From an uncultured virus (IMG/VR IMGVR_UViG_3300009605_000022) (Duplodnaviria > Heunggongvirae > Uroviricota > Caudoviricetes): a stretch of DNA of 64,000 nt. The stretch is taken from the IMG/VR virus record IMGVR_UViG_3300009605_000022; one strand, 5' to 3'. A program made the position numbers and the translations under genes. The notes under the pieces are model-generated. The model saw only the letters and a program-made list of their open reading frames with translations, had not been told where the DNA came from and did not search any database. Positions within the stretch are counted from its first letter, which is position 1. Each line of letters opens with the position of its first letter. Shown here one piece after another: positions 40,341 through 48,998 of this stretch.

Positions 40341-40532
40341 TCAGTCTGTCTTGAGATACTTGCTTGGTTGTCTGTTATGAAACATGTCTCCATTGTATTC
40401 ATATCCATACTGCCAATGATGCTCAATGCTGGACTGAGAACCTGAAGGTTCATACTGATGACAATGATGAGGCTCTTCGGTTGATGCAGCAAAGCCACAT
40501 TCTTCACAAAAGTATTCATCATCCTCAAGCAT
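40341..40532 (-). CDS. Small Cys/His-rich protein
   Basis: CEECG...HHCH. Confidence 0.45.
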   Translation of the reverse strand: MLEDDEYFCEECGFAASTEEPHHCHQYEPSGSQSSIEHHWQYGYEYNGDMFHNRQPSKYLKTD

Positions 40533-40629
40533 CAGTAATTACCCTCTGCGGTGTATCCTATAATCCACAGTGTAATAAATATCCACCATAGATAAATAGG
40601 TAACTTCATTAAGTGTCCGTATTCTACGT

Positions 40630-40818
40630 CTACCAGTTGTCTGTCATTACTTTCTCTGTCTTGCATCCTATACAGTATCCTCCAGTCCGAGCATCTTCAG
40701 CGATGCTTATTCTCTTTTCGCATTCTTTACATTCCATGTAGGCTAACCCTAACGATTGACCCTGAATCTTTCTCAGTTTATTTTGTGTTAAAGTTTTCTT
40801 ACTTACTTTCTTACTCAC
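40630..40818 (-). CDS. Small Zn-finger protein
   Basis: CKEC...CIGC. Confidence 0.55.
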   Translation of the reverse strand: MSKKVSKKTLTQNKLRKIQGQSLGLAYMECKECEKRISIAEDARTGGYCIGCKTEKVMTDNW

Positions 40819-41095
40819 GTGTCATTCCTCTCTGTTCGAGCATCAACCTATCAACTGCGTCTTGAGCGACTTGTTCCATGAACGTCTTCTCTTCTTGAGC
40901 TATCTTTAGGTTTTCTTCCGAACCGTCATAGATTAACTGTCGAACCATCTTTATCGATTCCTTAACTGAATCGTTGTCAGTTACCTCAGCGATGTAGAAG
41001 TCTAAGTCATCCATCATGCTACGTGCAACCTGAGGGCTACACCAATCTAACACTATTTTCATAAAGTGTATTGCGTCTGTTTTATTTGTTGCCAT
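40811..41095 (-). CDS. Hypothetical protein
   Basis: 94-aa ORF. Confidence 0.55.
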   Translation of the reverse strand: MATNKTDAIHFMKIVLDWCSPQVARSMMDDLDFYIAEVTDNDSVKESIKMVRQLIYDGSEENLKIAQEEKTFMEQVAQDAVDRLMLEQRGMTRE

Positions 41096-41186
41096 GTTTA
41101 TTTCCTTCCATATTTTCTTGGGCGAAGTGTGAACTTCTTTTTACTAAATCCAAATTTAGTATCTAACCATACTATTATTTCTCGTA

Positions 41187-41624
41187 TCATTGTTTCTTCT
41201 CCGGTGGCCAATAGTATTCATACTCGTTTATGATTGCGAGGTCCGTTTGTGCATCAGCATCGAATCGTTGTTTATAAAAGTCATAGTCCTTACGTAGTAA
41301 GTTCATTCGATGTGACTTGTGCAGTTCCGGATAGCCTAACCACTGAGGGAATACTATCGGCTGTTCTATCTCATATAGTTGCATCGTGTTGTTGTAACCA
41401 CGTGCAATCCATTCTTCTATCATTACGTTAGTGTAATGTTTGAGAGCGTTCTCATAACCACGCCACATTAAACGTGCGGGGTGGTTAAGCCAACCTTTCA
41501 TAGTGTAGTCTGGGCTGAGTGAGTTGATGAGTTGCATACCCTCTACTCTCTGCTTACCGAGACGACGGTAGTCTAAAAGTTTGGCGACTGTCTTAAAGTT
41601 TTTTGTTGGTAAAAATGTTTGCAT
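41187..41624 (-). CDS. Pyrimidine-dimer DNA glycosylase family protein (DenV-like)
   Basis: MQTFLP...LDYRRLGKQRVE...HPA..MW.GY...HKSHR.NLLRKD. Confidence 0.85.
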   Translation of the reverse strand: MQTFLPTKNFKTVAKLLDYRRLGKQRVEGMQLINSLSPDYTMKGWLNHPARLMWRGYENALKHYTNVMIEEWIARGYNNTMQLYEIEQPIVFPQWLGYPELHKSHRMNLLRKDYDFYKQRFDADAQTDLAIINEYEYYWPPEKKQ

Positions 41625-41681
41625 ATTTTCAATTCCTATTTGTTATATTTGATATATATTGAAATATCTATATAAAGGTTG

Positions 41682-42004
41682 TGGTGCACGAAGAGAGAAC
41701 GGCTTCTCAGTTTATAACTCAAAGATACCCACTAAAGGGTCTTCTTTGTTTAGCCTCTTATCACGAAGAAGGAAAGGCCACGAACGTTTTATACCATAAT
41801 GATTAGGCTGTTCATGTAAACTTTAGGTTCGCTTTTGTGTCTGAGATAATTACGTGCTAACTCCATAGTCTACGTTTCGCTCTGTGTCTCAGCTAATTGG
41901 TTCTCTTTACGACTAACACCAATCCGTTAGTCACCTATGTATCTTTCATCGCTATGCGACGTTCTCGATACAAATGAGTTTCAAAATTCAAAGTCCCCGT
42001 GCAC
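41682..42004 (-). ncRNA. Candidate ~320-nt structured ncRNA with closing stem and pseudoknot
   Basis: No ORF; 11-bp terminal helix (41994-42004 with 41684-41694) containing G-U pairs only on the minus strand; internal hairpins; H-type pseudoknot. Confidence 0.65.
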
Positions 42005-42013
42005 TGTTTGGTG

Positions 42014-42079
42014 GGATACAAGCTGAGTAGAGGAAAATACAAACCGACTCACAGTTAAATAAATTCTCAACTTATATCC
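42014..42079 (-). other. 14-bp RNA stem-loop
   Basis: GGAUAUAAGUUGAG pairs with CUCAGCUUGUAUCC; two G-U pairs fix the minus strand. Confidence 0.7.
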
Positions 42080-42087
42080 TGTCACCC

Positions 42088-42165
42088 TTAGCTAAAGTAA
42101 ATGAATATCCACATCCATAACACAACAAAGAAACCCAACAGTATTATCCATTGGGCTTCTTCCAT
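42088..42165 (-). CDS. 25-aa membrane microprotein
   Basis: MEEAQWIILLGFFVVLWMWIFIYFS; AAGGA upstream. Confidence 0.45.
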   Translation of the reverse strand: MEEAQWIILLGFFVVLWMWIFIYFS

Positions 42166-42185
42166 GTGCGGTGGTCCTTTCAGTC

Positions 42186-44303
42186 TCAAACTTTTATCAC
42201 CTTTCTTATTATTTTGCTTACCTCAGTAGATAACTTCTCGGTATCGTCAACAATTACATAGTTGGTAAACATCTGAGCCATACTTGATTCACGTGCACCT
42301 GAGATACCTATCTGAATAACACTCCAACCTTGTCCTTCTATATGTCTGACACACTTCTTAGTATGTGCGATTCCATCGAAGTGTCTGTAGTTTTTAGCTG
42401 AGGGCTCTCCATCTGAGATAACAATCATAAGTCTGTTACTACCCATTGATGGTGATTCAGCTTTTACTCTGTCAGCTGAGGCTAAGATAGCCATACCGTC
42501 TCGGTTCTCTGACCGAGCTCTCATAGCTCCCATAGCTTTTAAGTCACTCTTATAAGTTGGTGACCAGTAACAAGACATGTTTGTCTCACCGGTTCCATCC
42601 CAATCGTAACCGTCAGCAGTGTGACCATAAACCCATAAGTTTAGTTTGTCATTATCTTTGAGTGCTTCACGTATAGCGATTGCACTCTCACGTGCTTTTT
42701 GCATTTTGTATGAACCCATGCTACCTGACTCGTCAACTAAGAGACATACATCTAATGGTTTGTCTTCGTCAACAATAATGTTTTTGAATAAGTCAGTTCG
42801 ACCGAGGGGTATCTTATGTAACATACGTTTATCTAATCTACCTCTTGGTTGGTTGCGAATAGTGTAGGCTTGAGTGTTACCATAGAGTTGTATACGTTTC
42901 TTCAGTTGACTGATGCTCTGTTTCATTCTTGATACACCGTTGTCGTATGAATACTTGGCGTCGGTATGACTCTTTTGGTTTCTCCATGTAACTTTAGTTC
43001 CTTGTTTTAAACCGAGAGCTCTACCTGTGTCCCACTTTTCTTCGCTATACATAGTGTCTTCTAACTCTGTGATAGCTTTTTCTAAGTCTGTGCTGATAGT
43101 ATCTAAGTCTGCACTGTAGTCAGCCATCTCAGTTGATGCACTCTCTACTCCGTCCATGATAGTTCGCATAGGTCCGGCTCTATCTTCATACTTTTTGTCA
43201 TCGGTAGCTTTCTGAACTAATTTATCTAAGATGTCATCTAACTGACTCTCAGTTAATAATTCTTTTGTCTTATCATCCCAATCATTCATAAGCCTATCCA
43301 TTTCAGCTTCAGCTTTTTCTTTGGGTGATGGACCATCCTTTGCATCCTTCTCAGCTATATCTTTTGCCAACTGATTCATATACTCATAGATAGTTACAGT
43401 TGCTTCCCACATACTTTCTCGGTTGTTGTTTGAATTGACTAAAGCTCGAGCAAAGAACTGAATGTGATTCGCATGTCTTTTCTTTCTCTCTTCATCTAAA
43501 GCTGAGGGATATCTAACTAAGGCCAGTAAAGTATTGATTACATCACCGAACTCATTTACTTTTTCCATCTTGCTTCCATGCTTATCGAAGTAATGCTCTT
43601 TCACTTTTGCAATGTAGTGAGTGAACCCACCATGTGTTTTACCTAACTGAGACTCGATGAACTCATCTTCGAGTATGTTAGCTATATTATGTATAAGCTT
43701 TTCTTGAGGTGGTCTCAGCTTATGGTCATAAGCATATACTCTTTCTAATTTTAATAAAGGCTTACTGTAAACTAAATGTAACTTCTCGTGTATAGCAAGA
43801 CCAGCAACAATATCTAACTTAGAATCGTCTCGGTCTAACAATGTGCCGTCAACATAGATTAATCCACGGTTGATGTTGGAATAACTTTTCTCGGTTGCAT
43901 AGTTTAATACATGTTTTACAGTTGGGTCTACAACTTTACAGAGAGAATCAAGATGAGCTTTGTGTTTGACTAATCTTTTTTCTTTGTCCGCTCTGTCGAA
44001 GTGAGATGATGCACCCCACATAGAGGTCATAGCTCCGACGCCTCGGTTCCACCATGAACCACCACTACCCCACGTGAATCCGCTACTTCTACCATAAAGG
44101 TCACCAGTAGCTGAGACAGTTGGTGCAGTTGAACTGTATGCTTTTGCTACGTGTGGAGTGAGGAAAGGGTCGACTGTATTGTATTTGATACCACAGGCTT
44201 TACAGTTCCCGTGACCATCATCCGCAGTCCAGTCATCACATGCGTCACAGAAGTCATCTTCCGTGTCCTCAGCCCAATCGTCTATTGAATGTCCGTAATC
44301 CAT
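42186..44303 (-). CDS. VWA-domain protein (CobT/NorD-like, MoxR partner)
   Basis: MIDAS LVDESGSM, ISDGEP; N-terminal HEKLH and ILED. Confidence 0.9.
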   Translation of the reverse strand: MDYGHSIDDWAEDTEDDFCDACDDWTADDGHGNCKACGIKYNTVDPFLTPHVAKAYSSTAPTVSATGDLYGRSSGFTWGSGGSWWNRGVGAMTSMWGASSHFDRADKEKRLVKHKAHLDSLCKVVDPTVKHVLNYATEKSYSNINRGLIYVDGTLLDRDDSKLDIVAGLAIHEKLHLVYSKPLLKLERVYAYDHKLRPPQEKLIHNIANILEDEFIESQLGKTHGGFTHYIAKVKEHYFDKHGSKMEKVNEFGDVINTLLALVRYPSALDEERKKRHANHIQFFARALVNSNNNRESMWEATVTIYEYMNQLAKDIAEKDAKDGPSPKEKAEAEMDRLMNDWDDKTKELLTESQLDDILDKLVQKATDDKKYEDRAGPMRTIMDGVESASTEMADYSADLDTISTDLEKAITELEDTMYSEEKWDTGRALGLKQGTKVTWRNQKSHTDAKYSYDNGVSRMKQSISQLKKRIQLYGNTQAYTIRNQPRGRLDKRMLHKIPLGRTDLFKNIIVDEDKPLDVCLLVDESGSMGSYKMQKARESAIAIREALKDNDKLNLWVYGHTADGYDWDGTGETNMSCYWSPTYKSDLKAMGAMRARSENRDGMAILASADRVKAESPSMGSNRLMIVISDGEPSAKNYRHFDGIAHTKKCVRHIEGQGWSVIQIGISGARESSMAQMFTNYVIVDDTEKLSTEVSKIIRKVIKV

Positions 44304-44662
44304 TGTTCTACCTTTTCTATTTCGTCTTCGTCTTCAGCTATGAACTTGAACTTAAAGCACTCGAGTGACTTCTTAGCTGAGCCTACACTACACTGATAGA
44401 CAAACATGTCTTCAGCTGAGACTAATCCTAATGCCATCTCACTTGCTTGATTCCTATTCATAGTTGGTTTTACAGGAATAATAATATCTTCATCCTGTAG
44501 TAATCTTCTTTTGTATGCACCGATGTGTCTACCATTTATCTCAGTTTCTGGAAATACATCCTTAATAATGTGTGAACACATAGTGGGTTTCAATCCTAAC
44601 TGTAATAACATTTTAGCCAACTGATGCCAATACGTTTGTTTTCTGTTTCCTTTCTTACTCAT
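44282..44662 (-). CDS. Hypothetical protein
   Basis: Likely start at MSKKGNRK (44662). Confidence 0.55.
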   Translation of the reverse strand: MSKKGNRKQTYWHQLAKMLLQLGLKPTMCSHIIKDVFPETEINGRHIGAYKRRLLQDEDIIIPVKPTMNRNQASEMALGLVSAEDMFVYQCSVGSAKKSLECFKFKFIAEDEDEIEKVEQWITDIQ

Positions 44663-44824
44663 AATAAAACTCCGGTTCTCTATCTTCGAAATCGCTAACG
44701 AGCTGAGCAATGATGCCATAAATAATACTATTCTCCATATCTGTAGCCGGTTCGAGTGTTGAGAAGTAATCAGCTAAGATAGCAAACTCTTCCATGTCTA
44801 ACCCTACAACGAACTTAGGCAAAC

Positions 44825-45988
44825 TTAGTCCCCCATAGATTGAATGACTTGTATAACTCTAACTCTCTCAGTGTCGTCACCTGCTTGAACAGGGTAGAAT
44901 GGTAGACAGGTATGTTTGAGTGCATCGATTAAACTCATGCCGTCAACTACTAACTCAGCTACTGCTAAACACATACGTGTTGAGACAGCAGTCGTAAGTT
45001 CGTCTGAACTGTGTAGGTCACGCACTCTCTTAGCGAAGTCTACTATCTTCTCTGCTGAGTAGTCATCTAACTGAGGGTTACGAATCATAACTAATTCTTT
45101 TTCTTTACTCATAGGTAAGTAGTCTAACTCATAGATACCACCTGTGAACCTATCTTTCCATGCTCTATCTAAATCATGAGATGCACCGAGATACTCTCGG
45201 CCTATGTTAGCAGTAGCATAGAAGAATGCTTGACTGTCAACTGAGACAGCGTCAGCGTCTTCACTCTCATCGAGTGCTAAATACTTTTGACCATCTAACA
45301 CTGGCATGAGAATATTAGCTAAGTCACCTGTTCGGTCACGGGTAACCTCATCTAACATAATGAATGAGTTCTGTTGAATTGCTTGGACAAACCGAGATGG
45401 TTTGAACCATGTTCCTGCTTCTTTGTCATACTTAGTATCACCTAACAGTTTAGCTGAGGGATTCATAGTATCACCAAAGTTGAAAGAATAAAATTCTTTA
45501 TTGGTAATGTCTGCTAATATCTTACCGAGACTACTCTTACCACATCCTGATGGACCTGTGATGAGAATGTTCTTACCTCGAAATATATTGCGTAACATTG
45601 TGTAGAATGTAATGTTATCGGCGAACTTAAATTCCTCCGGTATTTGAACTGAGCCTCTTAGCTTAGCCATTACTGTTTGCTTTTCTTCTACGGGTTCCGG
45701 TTCACTGGCCGGTGCCTCTACTTGCATGGGGTCTTCCTCAGTTGGTTCGTCTTTACCGAACAAACTGCCTAAACCCTCGTGAGTCGTTTCTGATTCCATT
45801 GATTCTCCAGTATCATCTTCCTTTATAAAGGTATCGGTCATTGGACTGAGACCTGCTTTCCATCTCTTTATACCACGGGTATCGGCTGAGACATGCCATA
45901 TTCTTCCGTCACCACCTTTCTTCTCATGTCCTAAGTCATACCATGTCGCGGACTGAGTAGGTGATGGTCTTGTTTTTCTTTCTGCCAT
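44825..45988 (-). CDS. MoxR/CbbQ/CobS-like AAA+ ATPase
   Basis: GPSGCGKS, MLDEVTR, ATAN, DRAWKDRF, STR. Confidence 0.9.
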   Translation of the reverse strand: MAERKTRPSPTQSATWYDLGHEKKGGDGRIWHVSADTRGIKRWKAGLSPMTDTFIKEDDTGESMESETTHEGLGSLFGKDEPTEEDPMQVEAPASEPEPVEEKQTVMAKLRGSVQIPEEFKFADNITFYTMLRNIFRGKNILITGPSGCGKSSLGKILADITNKEFYSFNFGDTMNPSAKLLGDTKYDKEAGTWFKPSRFVQAIQQNSFIMLDEVTRDRTGDLANILMPVLDGQKYLALDESEDADAVSVDSQAFFYATANIGREYLGASHDLDRAWKDRFTGGIYELDYLPMSKEKELVMIRNPQLDDYSAEKIVDFAKRVRDLHSSDELTTAVSTRMCLAVAELVVDGMSLIDALKHTCLPFYPVQAGDDTERVRVIQVIQSMGD

Positions 45989-45990
45989 AT

Positions 45991-46341
45991 TTAGTTGGAC
46001 CTCTTTCTTTTTATTAATCTTTGGTCGACACGAGATTTATCGAAGCCATAGGTTCTCTGTCCATGTATTCCATAGTTCTCACCTTTGACCTGATATTTCT
46101 TTACTGAGTTAACTACTCGTGCTCTGTCTATTGGTTCCAATGTGCTGAGGTCATCCACGAACTTACCTAAGTTCGCACTTACAGACCAAGCATTATCTTC
46201 TACGTCTCCGTAGAGTGAAGTTAAGAACTCCCTCAACACAGTGAACCTTTTATCTTCAGTTGACCCTACACTTAACAAAGGGACTTTGTCAACGTGCTGA
46301 GTCATAAAGTTATTGAACTTATTAAATGTTTCTACATTCAT
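45991..46341 (-). CDS. Hypothetical protein
   Basis: AGGTGA RBS. Confidence 0.6.
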   Translation of the reverse strand: MNVETFNKFNNFMTQHVDKVPLLSVGSTEDKRFTVLREFLTSLYGDVEDNAWSVSANLGKFVDDLSTLEPIDRARVVNSVKKYQVKGENYGIHGQRTYGFDKSRVDQRLIKRKRSN

Positions 46342-46447
46342 AGTTCACCTGTAATATAATCATTTACTAAACAGTGTTCGCAACTGCTTTTATTTACCTC
46401 ATGACCACCAGTGTCATAAGTTGAGTATTCACCACAATCTACGCAGT

Positions 46448-46741
46448 TCATTGTTTCCTCACTGTAACAAACATTGCGTTCTTAGTTCGGTTGTTTACTT
46501 TCTGAGCTAACCATGCCTCAGTTCCTATCTCTGCCATATAGTCAACAGTGTCTTTGTATACTCCGAACGTTAGACATTGATGTGGCTTAGGTGCATGACG
46601 GAAATACTTCTCAGTTCGAGCAATCCTTTTAGCACGTATCTTACTACCGTCTCGGTTGGCTGTCCTGAGAGACACTTGTTGTAGTTGGGCTGGGCTTAGT
46701 TGTTGTAGCATTTCAGCTATTGAGTCGATGTTACTTTTCAT
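46448..46741 (-). CDS. Hypothetical protein
   Basis: TATA-like element at about 46766-46777. Confidence 0.6.
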   Translation of the reverse strand: MKSNIDSIAEMLQQLSPAQLQQVSLRTANRDGSKIRAKRIARTEKYFRHAPKPHQCLTFGVYKDTVDYMAEIGTEAWLAQKVNNRTKNAMFVTVRKQ

Positions 46742-46789
46742 CTGATACTACATAGTAAACGCCCTTTATAAGCTTTTCCCTAAATCGGG

Positions 46790-47325
46790 GAGACCAACTG
46801 AGATTAACGTGTTTAAAACTATACTGAGAGCTATCCCTATATTAACTATATTAAGATATGGCTCTATTATGCAATATAGAGATATAATAAAAATGCTTTA
46901 TAGAGCTTGATTTGTAGAGCTATGATATACTGAGCAATGCTTAACTGAGCATGTTTTATTAAGCAATGCATAACTATGCTTATAATATATACACCCCCCT
47001 ACTATATAATACTTTGTCTCAGTTCACACATAACTGATAAAAGTTTTTTAAAACAGGCTCTACTAAGCAATTTTCTCATGCTCAGTTAGCGACAATGAAC
47101 TTAAACTGGTTTTAGTTTGGTATAGCTCAACTGAGAAGTGCTCAATTACTCACTGAGGGGGCCTGATAGAGCTTGCTCTTTTCTCACCCTGCCCTACAGA
47201 TAAACTGAGAGCTTGTTTTCTCACCCTCGGTTAGCGAGCTGAGAGATTTTTCTCATCGAGCCCTATAAAGCTAGGCTGAGAGAAGCTAAAAATAAAAAGA
47301 GAACTTAATAGAGCTGAGCTGAGAA
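46790..47325. repeat. Non-coding region with many short repeats (CTGAG, TAGAGC, TTTTCTCA); candidate origin or control region
   Basis: AGAGCTTG..TTTTCTCACCCT at 47168-47190 and 47208-47227; about a dozen CTGAG/CTCAG copies; AT-rich left half. Confidence 0.5.
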
Positions 47326-47326
47326 A

Positions 47327-47345
47327 TCCATACGTGTGGAAAAAT
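47327..47345. repeat. Module-boundary palindrome, copy 1
   Basis: TCCATACGTGTGGAAAAAT. Confidence 0.75.
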
Positions 47346-47375
47346 AAAAAAAGTTAGTTTATATAGGGGTGGGTA

Positions 47376-47575
47376 GGAGGATTTAATGTATACCTCCAAA
47401 CGCATTATGCCACTACATAGTAGATGCGTTACCAGTCTAACCTTCCTCCAGCAGTTGCTTCTCGGTTGGTTAATCCTGTGCCTTAGTCCGTGGCGGACTT
47501 GTTCGGCCATACCCGATTACGGAAGAGCTACTTCCATAAATGTAAAAGTGGGCAGTTTTCTGAGTTGCCCAGCTG
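47376..47575 (+). ncRNA. Candidate ~200-nt structured RNA (strand uncertain, + favoured)
   Basis: Five consecutive hairpins; plus-strand TTTATATA at 47358-47365; stem 47549-47571 extends by G-U pairs only on +. Confidence 0.4.
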
Positions 47576-47589
47576 CTTGATGTATTGAC

Positions 47590-47922
47590 TTACTTAAGCA
47601 ATCCTGCTTTCTTCATAGCTTTTTTCAATTCAGCTTCGGTAATTTTACCAGACTGAAGTGAAGCGACTACGGAATCAACAGATACTCCTTTGCGTTTTGC
47701 TCCTCTGAATGCTTGTAACTCGTTTGTGCGAGATGCAACCATTGAGGCGAACTTGTCTTCGTTCCTAAGCACATCTGATATTGCTATCATTGTGTCGTAT
47801 TTTACCCCTGTCGGGTAACGCTTACTTTCTCCGACGCCCTCGAATCCGAGATGGTCCAGTAAACCTGAAACCACCTTTTCATCTTTAGGTGCCCAGAGAT
47901 AATCCATGTTTGCTTTACTCAT
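47590..47922 (-). CDS. Hypothetical early protein
   Basis: AGGAG RBS; type-A promoter upstream. Confidence 0.7.
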   Translation of the reverse strand: MSKANMDYLWAPKDEKVVSGLLDHLGFEGVGESKRYPTGVKYDTMIAISDVLRNEDKFASMVASRTNELQAFRGAKRKGVSVDSVVASLQSGKITEAELKKAMKKAGLLK

Positions 47923-47935
47923 GTTTTCTCCTTAC

Positions 47936-47964
47936 TTACCAATAGAGTGTCCCTATTTAAGTTT
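47936..47964 (-). promoter_or_regulatory. Type-A promoter, copy 1
   Basis: (+) TTACCAATAGAGTGTCCCTATTTAAGTTT. Confidence 0.75.
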
Positions 47965-48202
47965 AACCCCTGCTGACTATTTGTCTGAGGTGCATTCTGT
48001 CAAAGATGTGAGGATTAGATAATCTCACGGACTCTGCTATCTCAAGATGCTCACCGCGGGAACCTGTTCCTACTGGTATCATCTCTTTATACATTCCATA
48101 CTTACCGTATGGGGTCGTGCCGACTTCAACAAAGTAGTCGACTGTCTGATTTTGACCGGCTCTCCAAGGAAGAGCTGTCTTAGTTTGAGTTGCTTTGCTC
48201 AT
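47963..48202 (-). CDS. Hypothetical early protein, probably leaderless
   Basis: ATG about 22 nt from the type-B TATA box. Confidence 0.7.
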   Translation of the reverse strand: MSKATQTKTALPWRAGQNQTVDYFVEVGTTPYGKYGMYKEMIPVGTGSRGEHLEIAESVRLSNPHIFDRMHLRQIVSRG

Positions 48203-48206
48203 AATA

Positions 48207-48255
48207 TACCAAGGACACCACCCTATATAAAGCTTTTTTCACCCGAGTGGAAAAA
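48207..48255 (-). promoter_or_regulatory. Type-B promoter plus boundary palindrome, copy 2
   Basis: (+) TACCAA..CTATATAAAGCTTTTTTCACCCGAGTGGAAAAA. Confidence 0.8.
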
Positions 48256-48260
48256 TAAAA

Positions 48261-48690
48261 AATGCAACTTCACCTGAGGCTCCGCGTGTTTAAGAAACAC
48301 CTCAGGGAGCGGTTGCCCGAGAGCACATTAATCTGCATAGGTAGTGCTACACGTGGGGTGTGACCTGTCGCCAGTCAAAAGGATATCCTTCACGAAAGGC
48401 GAACACAAGCATGAACAGGTGTGATACTCATAGCTTAACGGATTGATTCTATAACAGGGATAAAGTGATTCAAAGGTGATACATAATGTTAGCTACACGT
48501 CGTTCTAAAACTTAGATGCGCATCGACCGGAAAGGGATTGGGTCAGCACTGTTCAGCTAGTATTTGTTATGTGAATGTCTCGTTGTTGCGTATGGTTCGA
48601 TTTTGTTTCCTTGTCAGGTCACGTGTTACAGCTGATAACTGTAAGTGAGCGGGTGCAATACTATTTTGCTATTTTCATCTCCCCGCTCTG
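48261..48690 (-). ncRNA. Candidate ~430-nt structured ncRNA with its own promoter and U-rich terminator
   Basis: No minus-strand ORF in the track; starts directly under the type-A promoter; long-range GUGACCUG/CAGGUCAC helix; nested 3' helices; ends at UUUUUUAUUUUU. Confidence 0.7.
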
Positions 48691-48721
48691 TATTACCAAT
48701 AGAGTGTCTCTATATAAGCTT
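48691..48721 (-). promoter_or_regulatory. Type-A promoter, copy 2
   Basis: (+) TATTACCAATAGAGTGTCTCTATATAAGCTT. Confidence 0.8.
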
Positions 48722-48946
48722 TTCTCCCATGGACTTTATCTCACTGACATACACGTCACCGAGTTCAAAAGAACCATAAGTAAAATCTGATTTGACAGCG
48801 CAGAACCAACGGGCGTGTGGGTTCTTCGCTTCATTCTCAGCGTTTTGGTATTTCTTTAATACTCTCCATTCAAAGCCACGTGGGCCAGTCCAGACCTCGT
48901 AAGGGTCATCTGTTTTGCGGGTTTTACCGCACATGTTTTTAGTCAT
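48710..48946 (-). CDS. Conserved-looking small viral protein, probably leaderless
   Basis: KTRK.DDPY...EWRVLKKYQ...ARWFCAVKS...ELGDVY. Confidence 0.75.
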   Translation of the reverse strand: MTKNMCGKTRKTDDPYEVWTGPRGFEWRVLKKYQNAENEAKNPHARWFCAVKSDFTYGSFELGDVYVSEIKSMGEKLI

Positions 48947-48950
48947 ACAA

Positions 48951-48998
48951 TACCAAGGGTGGGGGTCTATATAAAGCTTTTTTCACACGAGTGGAAAA
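48951..48998 (-). promoter_or_regulatory. Type-B promoter plus boundary palindrome, copy 3
   Basis: (+) TACCAA..CTATATAAAGCTTTTTTCACACGAGTGGAAAA. Confidence 0.8.

Noticed and set aside
41682..42004. tmRNA or tRNA call for the element ending in ACCA
   Set aside because: No T-arm (GUUCRA), no G3-U70 alanine acceptor and no convincing tag frame; kept only as an unclassified RNA candidate.
47286..47580. ORFs 47286..47510 (-) and 47386..47580 (+)
   Set aside because: Atypical composition; the minus ORF crosses the palindrome and U-tract; the region is better explained by hairpins, although the + ORF has GGAGG upstream and is not fully excluded.
48647..48688. Hammerhead ribozyme or C/D box from GAUGA...AAA
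   Set aside because: Lacks the CUGANGA core, three-stem junction and CUGA D box.
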